This document shows, piece after piece, positions 55,086 to 64,000 of a DNA stretch of 64,000 nt (the first letter of the stretch is position 1; every line of letters begins with the position of its first letter). This DNA is from an uncultured Acidobacteriota bacterium. Lineage in GTDB: Bacteria; Acidobacteriota; Terriglobia; Terriglobales; Acidobacteriaceae. The position numbers and the translations under genes are program-made. The stretch covers positions 2,375 through 66,374 of the forward strand of contig CAVQMV010000013.1 of assembly GCA_963713675.1 (NCBI GenBank), in the 5' to 3' direction. A model generated the notes under the pieces. The model worked only from the letters and a program-made list of their open reading frames with translations, ran no database searches and was not told where the DNA came from.

Positions 55086-55193
55086 TTGGCATCAGCGAGT
55101 AGCGGCGCGCCGGTAAAGCTGCCCCTTGGACTACGACAGGCATTCGAAAGCGGGGACTGTGTTCTTTTTCTCGGGGCCGGGGTCGGTTATCAC
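55086..55193 (+). pseudogene. SIR2-like gene stub (first ~35 codons)
   Basis: LPLGLRQAFESGDCVLFLGAGVG, then the frame runs into the antisense of the amidohydrolase. Confidence 0.6.
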
Positions 55194-55903
55194 TATAGCC
55201 GCTTCACATACTCCTGTGCGTCGAGCCATGGATATGGCTGGCGGGAGATCGACCATGTGTGGGAGATCTTAACGAAGACCCGCGGATAACGCGACAGCGT
55301 AATCAGCTTTTCGAGCTCCTGCGGGCGATCAATGGGGCAATCAGCCATGTGGTCGATCACGACGGTTAAATCGGGACATTGTTCGATCATAGGTGCAAGA
55401 TTGGGCATTCGCGTGATTGGCGCGTAAACCTGCATGGGAATCTTGAGCGACTCGGCGCGTTTCCACAGCGGCGGCATGAGAGGACCGTTGATCCAGTCGC
55501 CGCTTGCATCGGCAGTGGGGCTGATGCGCACGCCGTGAAAGCCCTGCTCTGTCAGACGGGAGAGTTCGTCAGGCGCAGCGGAATCAGTAGGATCGACGCG
55601 ACACACACCGCGAAACCAGGGAGCGTATTTCTTTATCGAATAGAGGCAGTAGCGATTGTCCCATTTGTAGCCAATGTACTGCGCAATCACCGTCCGCTCA
55701 ACGTCATTGGTTTTCATCAATTCCAGAGCCATCGCCGGAGTGCGGTTCTCCCCGGGCGGATTCTTGGTGCCTGCCGCCCACGGATAATGTGGGTCATTGA
55801 TCCATACGTGAATCTGGGCGTCGACGATACGGTATTTTGCCACTGGTGCTGAAACCGCCATAGCGAGGCCTGCAAATGCGAATTCCGGGCGAGTGATCGT
55901 CAT
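55193..55903 (-). pseudogene. amidohydrolase_2 family protein truncated at its C-terminus
   Basis: IVDAQIHVW, FHGVRI, VVIDHMA, VKISH; ends at YVKRL* without the usual FG..RLMW.SDWP segment. Confidence 0.7.
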
Positions 55904-56862
55904 AAGTAAATCGGTTCCAGTTTGTTCATTATGTACGCGCCGCATCGCAGAAAGTCAGCCAGCGGTCCCAACCGGGCGGTGTCGAGATCGACGCAGATCC
56001 ACCCGTGATAGTGAATGCCCTTCAAAATTCGATGGCATTCAGGGAAATTCACTTGCCCGTCTCCCAGGTCGTAGCTGCTGTTGAAGAAGCGAGCCTCCGC
56101 CGAGTCTTTGGGAAATACCTTCCCGTTCGGCTGCACCCAGTCTTTGCTCGGGGTCGTCCATTTCGAATCCTTATAATCCAGAAACCGGATGCGATCGTTG
56201 TAGCGGTTGAGCGTACCGACCACATCGCAACCTGCAAGGTTCAGATGGCACGTATCGGGCGAGAGGCCGAACAGCGTGGGATCGGTCATAGCCATAAAAC
56301 GATCGACCTCGTCCTGATTCTGAACCATCTGGCCCATGTGGTTGTGCAGCCCCGCCGTGAATCCCATCTCGCCGGCCAGTTCCCCGATCTGATTGCAGCG
56401 CTCACACAACTCGCGAAATGCAGCGGGTGTTTGCGTCGCCGGCAGATTGCGGTTGGGCGAAAACACCACGAGGTGATTGGCGCCAAAGTCGGCGAGAAAC
56501 TTCATGGCATCGCGAGCGCTCGAGAGCACAGCCTGACGCTGCGCAGGGTCGTGCAGTGCGCTGTTCCACGAGATCGTTACCACATTGAGGTTGCGCTTGG
56601 AGACCTCACTGAGCATCTGCGCGGGCGTCAAGTTGTAATCACTGAGGATGTGCGGAAAGCCGGCAAGGCGGACGCCGATAAAGCCCGTTTCCTGCATTAC
56701 GTCCAGCATCTCGGTAAAGGGAGAAGGAGGATAATATCTCCACAGCGCTTCAGATAACGCCCACTTGATATTTCGGTTTGCAGGTTTGTCGTCTTCGGCA
56801 TGGGCCAAACTCGTTGCCAGCATCGATAAAGCAGCTACAAATTCCCGGCGATTCATCCTCAT
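55900..56862 (-). CDS. exported sugar phosphate isomerase/epimerase (IolE/AP-endonuclease-2 TIM barrel)
   Basis: NRREF signal, GLHNHMG, PDTCHL, LDYKD, LGDG.VNFP, VDLD. Confidence 0.88.
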   Translation of the reverse strand: MRMNRREFVAALSMLATSLAHAEDDKPANRNIKWALSEALWRYYPPSPFTEMLDVMQETGFIGVRLAGFPHILSDYNLTPAQMLSEVSKRNLNVVTISWNSALHDPAQRQAVLSSARDAMKFLADFGANHLVVFSPNRNLPATQTPAAFRELCERCNQIGELAGEMGFTAGLHNHMGQMVQNQDEVDRFMAMTDPTLFGLSPDTCHLNLAGCDVVGTLNRYNDRIRFLDYKDSKWTTPSKDWVQPNGKVFPKDSAEARFFNSSYDLGDGQVNFPECHRILKGIHYHGWICVDLDTARLGPLADFLRCGAYIMNKLEPIYL

Positions 56863-57453
56863 GCGATTCCTTCAGACCCATCTCTAACTGGCCGGCCGCA
56901 TCAGCTACTGACACACCCAATCGCATCATAACGGCCCGAGGCACTGATTGGATCGACGACCGGGGCGTTTGTGGCAAGAACGGCCAATGCAGCTCACGCG
57001 CTGATCTGCTCGGCGCCGTTTATAGATGAGTGATGTGTTTATTTTGCTGTTTGGTAACGGGAGGTCGGCAAGTGTCCTGCAATCTGATGACCGAATAGGG
57101 CTGGTCGAAGAGAGACACAGCGGCGTTTTCCCGGATTCACTCTGCCTAGAGACCGTCAGCGCGCCGCTTCTACAGCACCAGAAAGGAGCCAGCTGACCGT
57201 TCCTTAAATTGGGAGGATTCCGGATTTCCTTGTGTCCGTCATCTCTTCTAGTTTCAATGATCTCCGTGCTTGCGGCGGCGGCAGGTATTTTTCAGATGGC
57301 TTATGCTATAGAATTTGTGTGCCAAGTGCGGCATCAGGTCTTTTGGGTTTGGGCAAAGTTGCTTCGGATCAAGGCTACCGCGGGCTACTTGGGAAGTACG
57401 TATCAAGGAGTTTGCGTATTCGCTCGGGCCTGGGCGTGTCGGGAGGAACTGGA

Positions 57454-58965
57454 TTGATTAACGCGGACCCTCAGAAATCCAGCGACACTAGTTCACTCAC
57501 TCCCAATCAATGTGAACAGCAAGTCCAACGAATCCTCAAGTCTGCTACCTTTCGAAACGCCGTCACATTGCAACAACTACTTCAATTCCTGACAGCGCGG
57601 GCCTTCGAGGGAGGCGCCGACGGTCTAAAGGAATATACCATCGGCGTGGAAGCCTTTGGCAGGCCGCAAGACTTTGATCCGAAGACTGACACAATCGTCC
57701 GGGTTCAGATCCATAGGTTAAGACAGAAGTTGACGGAGTATTACGAAGCAGATGGCAGTCGCGACCCTATATTAGTTGAGATTCCCAAGGGGCATTACCT
57801 TCCCACTTTTGAACCCATCGCAGACTCAGACAGAAATATTAATCGCGACTCTGGTCCTGAATTGAACACGGGTGTCCCAGCCGTAACACCTCAGATCGGG
57901 CCCAATATTTCGGGAGTTGGCTCAGTTGCAGGACTTGAGAAGCGCCGTCGCAGCCGGTCTTTCCTCGCCCGCACGACAATTGCAGCGGCGGCGGTGATGA
58001 TCGTCTTTGCGGCAGGCTTTCTGATCGGGCGAAAGCAATTAAGAAACGCTGCTGCTGGCATCCCATCGGTTGCTAGCGCGCAATTGGCACTTGGCAATTC
58101 TGCCGATCCAGTAAAGGCATTTTGGGCCAGCTTTCTCGGCAACGATTCGGCGCCTGTTATCGCATATCCGGATGCCGTTTTCCTTCTTGACGATTCGAAC
58201 GATTTATTCCGGTTCCGTCGTGGAGCGAGCGACGACCGAGGCGCACTTGTCGATCCACACTTGGCGCAGCAATTCGCCTCAAACCCTGGACTGGTTGCCA
58301 AGGCCGGCCAACTCTACTACGAGAATGGATACACAGGCGCCGGCGAACTCCAAGCTATCGCAATGTTGTCGAGTCTTTTTGGGCAGATGGGAGTGAAAGC
58401 AACAGTCAAACCCAGTCGAGACATCACCCCCGATGACCTCCGGCAACATAACGTAATTTTGCTTGGCTCCCCATTTCAGAATGTTGCGGTTGCTCAACTG
58501 ATTACCCAGGGAGATTTCAACTTCAAGAATCCGGACTCACGGCATGAGCAATGGAGAGCTCAGATCGTGAACGCCCACCCGCGAACAAATGAAGCTTCGG
58601 CGTACGGCACAGAGCGCGACCCCAGCACCCAGGCGTTGAGGGCGGATTATGGCCTGGTTACAATACAGTCCGGCGTTATTCCTGGCCGATACATCGCGGT
58701 ATTGGGCGGCTTAGACACAACTGGAACGGAAGGCGTCACTTTGTTCGCAACGTCAAGACCCGGAATAGAGGATCTCTCAAGAGTTCTGTCAGCCTCCGGG
58801 TCATCTGGAGAAAAAGGCGAAATGCCTCTGTTCCAAGCCCTAATTCGGGTCCGCCTGGAGAAGGGTTACGACGTACTCGGCGCAACCCTGGTAGCAGTGC
58901 ATGGACTTCCCCCGCAGAATGGACATGGGACCGGAGGCGCGGCTCCACAAACGCCAGCTCACTAA
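57454..58965 (+). CDS. transmembrane sensor: N-terminal wHTH-like domain, one TM, periplasmic domain
   Basis: RILKSATFRNA..L..LL.FL..KEYTIGVEAFGRP.DFDP..D.IVRVQIHRLRQKL.EYY..IPKGHY.P.F; TTG start 57454 with GGAGGA RBS. Confidence 0.85.
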   Translation: MINADPQKSSDTSSLTPNQCEQQVQRILKSATFRNAVTLQQLLQFLTARAFEGGADGLKEYTIGVEAFGRPQDFDPKTDTIVRVQIHRLRQKLTEYYEADGSRDPILVEIPKGHYLPTFEPIADSDRNINRDSGPELNTGVPAVTPQIGPNISGVGSVAGLEKRRRSRSFLARTTIAAAAVMIVFAAGFLIGRKQLRNAAAGIPSVASAQLALGNSADPVKAFWASFLGNDSAPVIAYPDAVFLLDDSNDLFRFRRGASDDRGALVDPHLAQQFASNPGLVAKAGQLYYENGYTGAGELQAIAMLSSLFGQMGVKATVKPSRDITPDDLRQHNVILLGSPFQNVAVAQLITQGDFNFKNPDSRHEQWRAQIVNAHPRTNEASAYGTERDPSTQALRADYGLVTIQSGVIPGRYIAVLGGLDTTGTEGVTLFATSRPGIEDLSRVLSASGSSGEKGEMPLFQALIRVRLEKGYDVLGATLVAVHGLPPQNGHGTGGAAPQTPAH

Positions 58966-59526
58966 GGCCAGGTCATGCCCCCGTTTGATTGTCGGTGTCA
59001 ACGCCATTCCGCAAATATGGTTTGACGGCTCCTCTGGGCTGCCCGTAAGGCTGCGCAAGATTCATATTGTCGGCCCAGTACTACGGGACCAGGAGCAGGC
59101 GATCCGGCAGCGGCACGGAATCGAGCGCACGTCCTTCGAAGAATCGAACGGAGATTTCCCCAAATTCCCGTGTAACACGCCATGTAACGTTTGCGAAACA
59201 TCCGCGAATATTGGCTGTAACCCTCATGTTTCAGATTCTCGTATCCCTCCCGTAACTAGCCAAATGCCGCACGATCCCACTATGGTGGCCAGCATCCTTG
59301 CAGGGCACCTTCAGCGAGGTACACACGTGTTCATAATCACGGTAGGCATCTCCGGCAACGCCCTATCCTCCGTATCGGGATGGAATGACTGGAGCCAGCG
59401 GGAACATGCTTCTCGCTCTCGAAGTTTTGAAGGAGTCGCATGGATCGCACCTTAGTCTGGACAAATCGGGCCGGAGCATTCGCAACCATGGAGTCGATAC
59501 GAAAAAGCAACGCCGTAGGAGGCTAT

Positions 59527-62500
59527 ATGCAATTGGGGAATTCCATCCACAATCGGACTGCCAAACACAAGTGGCCGGCGACTGTCCAAAGCAAACTTCT
59601 GGTACTCACTTTTCTGCTGGCAATCGTACCTGCGCCTTTGCCCAAGGCGTAAGCGGCCATATTATCGGCACTGTCCAGGATACAAGCAGCGCGGTAATAC
59701 CGAACGCACAGGTGACGATTACGAACCAGGAAACGGGTATTGTCACCCACACCAAATCGAACGCTGTCGGCGAATACCGCTCTGACAACCTACCTCCGGG
59801 CACCTATAGCGTCAAGGTCGAGGCGCCGGGCTTCCGCGATACGGTTTCTGCCGGCAATATCGTAACGGTTGATAGCAACAATCGTGTGGATGTCAACCTG
59901 CAGGTTGGCAAAGCGGATCAGACTGTGGAGGTGACTGCGGCAAATCCGCTTGTCGATACCACCGGTTCCTCACTTGGCGATGTGCTGAATGAGCACGACG
60001 TGCAGAGCCTCCCTCTCAATGGGCGCATCTTTTCACAGTTGATCGTCACCGTTCCCGGCGCCGTATCGAGCGGTTGGTCGAGTGCTCCGGAAGCGGCCGC
60101 AGGCGCGGGCGCGCAAACGGACATTACGGCATCGGTTAACGGCCTGCCCTGGGCAGGCACGACGTATACGCTTGACGGCGTGAGCGATATGGAACTGCTG
60201 AATGCCTTCGAGACGGTCACGCCACCACTGGATGCGCTCCAGGAAGTGAAGGCTTCAACTGCGAATGCCGATGCGACTGTAGGTGTTTATGGAGGTGCGC
60301 AGGTCAATGCTGTTGTGAAGTCCGGTACGAACAGATTTCATGGGTCGGCTTACGAATTCTTCCGCGATGACATGTTGAATGCAATTCAGTGGCATGCCAC
60401 TTCTAAAGCGCCAGACCGGGCCAACCAGTTTGGTGGGTCGTTGGGTGGTCCGATTATCCGGAACAAGGCATTCTTTTTTGGTGACTATCAGAGCCTTCAG
60501 TTGAACAACGGCGTCTACTACACCGGATACACGGTGCCGACGGACCTGATGAAGCAGGGATACTTTCTGACTAGCCAGTTCCCAGCGATCCTTGACCCTA
60601 TGACGGGGGCTACCTTTCCAATCGTAAGTTCGTCGGGTGGTCCGGCTTATCAAATTCCCACGTCCCGGTTCGATCCGGTGGCGGCGGCCATGGTCGGCGC
60701 GGCCAATATCTGGCCTGAACCCACTTCTCCCAGCCTTAGTGTCGCCAACTACACCGCGGCCAATTCGCAACCGGACGACACCAATCAGTTCGATGAGAAG
60801 GTCGACTATCAAATCAATGACAAGAACCGGATATTCCAGCGGGAGTCGTATCAGCACCGCGATCTGACCGCGCCATCCCCCGGTACTCGCTGGTTCCAAG
60901 TCGGCAATGTTAACGCGCAGAACCGCATGCACAACGCCGTCGTCGGCTACGATCACATCTTCTCGCCGCTTGCGACCAACGAGCTTCGTTTTGGTTTCAA
61001 CCGTTTTTACACGCTGGACTTTGGCAATGATTACCAGACCAATGAGAACACGACGCTGGGAATCCCAAATGGGAACGTCGATCAATTCCCAAATGCGACT
61101 GGAATTGTGGTGATCTCTGCCGGCAACATTGCTCAGACGGGCGCGCAGAGCTGGACAGATTCGCACCGCATCACAAATGTCTACCAGCTTACCGACAACT
61201 ATACAAAAGTTCTTGGCAAGCACACTTTTGTCTTCGGCGAAGACTACCGCCGGCTACAAGCGTCGCTGACCAATGCGAACCAGAGCGGAAACGGCCAATT
61301 CAATTTCACAACCGATTACACCGGAAGTTGCGCCGGCAACTCCAGTTGTTCCGGGGCAACGGGCGGCAATGAATTCGCCAGCTTCCTGCTGGGACTTCCG
61401 TCTTCGATCAGCCGCGGCTTCGTGAACACCGATCCCGCGACTCGTGCCAACCTTTGGGGCATCTATGGGCAGGACACCTTTCTTGTTTGGAGACAGCTGA
61501 CGCTGAATCTGGCCTTGCGCTGGGACGTTGTGACCCAGCCCGTGGACAAGTTCAACCGCCAGTCGAATTTCGATACGAATACAGGCCTGCTCGATATCGC
61601 TACTGGAAACAATCGCGCTCCCAATGTCGACAACACCTACGGCAACGTCGACCCGCGAGTCGGATTCTCGTACTCTCCGAATAATGGCAAGACCGCAATC
61701 CGCGCCGCCTTCGGAATCACCACGTTTACGGCAAATGGCGGTGGCATTGGAGGCAGCCTGGAGCGCAACTTCCCATTCTTCGAGCAGTACTCAGTAACCC
61801 AATCGACCGCTTACACTCCCTGGGCAACCATGGGTGCCGCCTCGGCTGTCAACCCGGCCTATGCAAGCTTCTATCATGGTCTGCCTACGTTCGTGCCGCT
61901 CACTACTTCGGCGCCAGTTACTCCGCAACCCGGCTCGAGCGTATCTTTGATGGCGTTGCACTTCCGTCCAGACAACGCGAATGCATGGAACTTTGGCGTT
62001 GAGCAACAACTCACGGCAACCACCGCCTTGAGCGTGACCTACGTTGGCACCAAGGGTCTGCACATCTTCCGGGAGCGGAATATCAACATTCCACAGCCGG
62101 GGCCGGGTGCGCAGGCGCCGAGGCGACCGTTCTACGCGCTAGCACCGAACGTCTCGACGCTCAACTATTACGGCTCCGACGGCAAGTCCAACTATGATGC
62201 ACTGCAGGTGGAATTCACCAAGCGGATGTCGCATGGTCTGGCTGGCCGCGTTGCCTACACCTGGTCGAAGGAACTCGACAATACGAACGTGTTCGACCCG
62301 CTTCCGGGTCAGGATCGCATGAACTATGGGGAAGGCAATGAGCAGGCTCCGAATGTGCCACAAAACTTTGTGGCCAGCCTTACCTACCAGCTTCCTTTTG
62401 GGCACGGTGCGATGTGGCTCGCTACCAGTCCCCGGACGGTCCAGACGATTGTCGGTGGATGGCAGGTGAGCACGATTACCATTCTGCAGGCTGGACAGCC

Positions 62501-62897
62501 GATGACGATCCACCTCACGTCGGACAATCTGAATAACGGCATGAACAACCGCGCCAACGCCGTTTGTCCTGGCGTGGAGACGCTTGGGAAGGTTTCGGAG
62601 TGGTTCAATACCAGTTGCTTCGCCACACCTGCGCAATATGTGATCGGCAACTCTGGATTGGATAAGGCAGTCAGTCCCGGTTATGTAGACTCTGACATCT
62701 CATTGTCGAAGACCGAAAGGTTCCACGATCAGATGGATCTTCGTTTGCAGGTTGATGCGTTCAACTCATTCAATCATGCATATCTCGGTCACCCGAACAC
62801 CACATGCTGCAGTAGCAGCAATGCCCTGTTTGGCGTAATCACCAGCGCAAACGGCCCGCCGCGCAATATCCAACTAGGAGCGCATTTCGACTTCTGA
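59527..62897 (+). CDS. TonB-dependent receptor with carboxypeptidase-regulatory-like N-domain (frameshift near 59630)
   Basis: IIGTVQDTSSAVIPNAQVTITN, KSGTNRFHGSAYEFFRDD, NQFGGSLGGPI, terminal PRNIQLGAHFDF; signal peptide in another frame from ATG 59527. Confidence 0.93.
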
Positions 62898-63145
62898 GAA
62901 GTGCATGCGCAATCCAGCCGGTGCCGATCGATTGGTGATTGGCGCCGGCCTGTATTCAAGGATCCACTCACTGCACCGTGTCGACAGCGTCGAGGAGTGC
63001 GATCGCATTCGAAACAACTCGATTGCGCATGAGTGAACCCGCAGGAACCAGAACCGCGTTCAATGCGATCGCAACACGCTCCCGCGACGAAGCGCGCGTC
63101 GGATGTTCCGCGTCGGGCAGGAACGAAGAAAGGGCAGAGTAGTGC

Positions 63146-64000
63146 ATGGATAGAAGAAGGTTTCTCGGAGTGGCGGTCGCAGCCTCTCTTGTAAATAGAT
63201 GTATGGGACTTGTGGGAATGCCGGTCCGCGCGCAGAACATTGGGCGCAGCCTGGTGCCTGCAAGGCCCTCAACGTCCCCAAATTACTGGTGCACGTGGGC
63301 CGCGCAGAATTATATGTACGGTCAGCATGAGGTGAAGCTTGACCCCGCGATCCTCGAGGGAGAGTCGGGAAGCAGGCTTGCCCATGAAGCGATGAACGAA
63401 GATGCTATTTTTGGCGCAACGGGGTGGGCCAATCTTTTCTTCGCAAGGGTTCGCTCCGACCTGTTCTTTCTTTTGGACGATGGCTGGGAATCGGGCGGTA
63501 CTTCAACTTTTGAAGTCAATACCCGGAAATTTCCGTCCTTCGCGGGTTCCTCAGAAGACCGTCTGAAGAAACTCAATCGCGCTATTCAAGATCGCGGCTG
63601 GCGCGGTGCAGGGTTATGGTGCAGGAACACGCCCGGTGGAGATGCGGATTACCGGCTCGAAAGCTTAAGCGCCTCAGCGGATATCCATTATTGGAAGGTC
63701 GACATTGGCGACCCCGGTTTCAATCTGATTCGCCTGCGCGATGCGTCGCGCCTCCCGCTCACGCTTGAGCACGTCCACGGCGAGATGCCCATCAATGGAG
63801 ACTGGAGAATGGATGGCCGGTTTGGTCCGCAATCTCCGAATTCGAGACGGATCGAGATTCTGAAACACACCGACGTCTACCGAACTTACGATGTGACGTC
63901 GATTCTCTCGCTGCCCACAACCCTCGACCGGACTGCCGCAATGCTGAAGGGTGCTGAAGGCGACTCGGAAACTCGAGGGCTATTGAATGTCGAGGACGAG
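63146..64000 (+). CDS. Tat-exported glycoside-hydrolase-like protein (GH27/GH36-type barrel; 3' partial)
   Basis: Manual translation MDRRRFL..PNYWCTWAAQ..FLLDDGW..GAGLW..YWKVD; open to the window end. Confidence 0.7.
   Translation, partial: MDRRRFLGVAVAASLVNRCMGLVGMPVRAQNIGRSLVPARPSTSPNYWCTWAAQNYMYGQHEVKLDPAILEGESGSRLAHEAMNEDAIFGATGWANLFFARVRSDLFFLLDDGWESGGTSTFEVNTRKFPSFAGSSEDRLKKLNRAIQDRGWRGAGLWCRNTPGGDADYRLESLSASADIHYWKVDIGDPGFNLIRLRDASRLPLTLEHVHGEMPINGDWRMDGRFGPQSPNSRRIEILKHTDVYRTYDVTSILSLPTTLDRTAAMLKGAEGDSETRGLLNVEDE

Larger units (their letters stand above)
49151..55193. mobile_element. integrative element 2 (P4-type integrase, AlpA, DUF3631), right end missing
   Basis: Integrase starts 183 bp after the att copy; satellite-like gene order; no second att copy in the window. 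Confidence 0.8.

Noticed and set aside
43398-55193. Complete prophage or conjugative element
   Set aside because: No terminase, capsid, tail, lysis, relaxase or T4SS genes visible
59385-59526. ORF-track N-terminus of the TonB-dependent receptor
   Set aside because: No signal peptide in that frame; a better RBS, ATG and signal peptide begin at 59527 in another frame, joined by a frameshift near 59630

Overview
High-GC bacterial chromosome segment whose gene content and repeat style point to Acidobacteriota (Terriglobia/Acidobacteriaceae-like; inference, no database check). 1-43.4 kb is mostly core genome: cyoE, a PAS/GAF/HD-GYP protein, lolD-like, clpC, secA, cpaE-like, CYTH, sua5/tsaC, an Hfq-like gene, holB, a cluster of four secreted proteins plus a gene remnant, the tRNA-Thr/Tyr/Thr/Gly-tuf-rpmG-tRNA-Trp-secE-nusG-rplK block, recJ, a 2Fe-2S ferredoxin and a DUF507 pair. 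tRNA-Glu(CTC) at 43.3 kb carries two tandem integrative elements. Element 1 (5753 bp between 47-bp direct repeats) has a tyrosine integrase, a prim-pol replicase, HTH regulators and a Sel1-repeat cargo gene. Element 2 has a P4-type integrase, AlpA, a DUF3631 protein, an Abi-alpha-like ORF, MT-A70/GcrA/VRR-NUC phage remnants and a SIR2-like stub, and its right end is lost at a junction near 55,193. A carbohydrate-uptake locus follows (amidohydrolase, sugar isomerase, wHTH-TM sensor, TonB-dependent receptor, GH-like enzyme). Many genes, including essential secA, carry single-base frameshifts, so the consensus probably contains indel errors and pseudogene calls are uncertain. Best leads: (1) the secreted-protein cluster at 24.6-29.6 kb, with two shared mobile domains and an unannotated in-frame gene remnant; (2) a REP-like palindrome family, one copy translated in-frame inside RecJ; (3) convergent iteron arrays and integrase arm sites defining two satellite-like replicons; (4) a double-truncation junction between a SIR2-like gene and an amidohydrolase.
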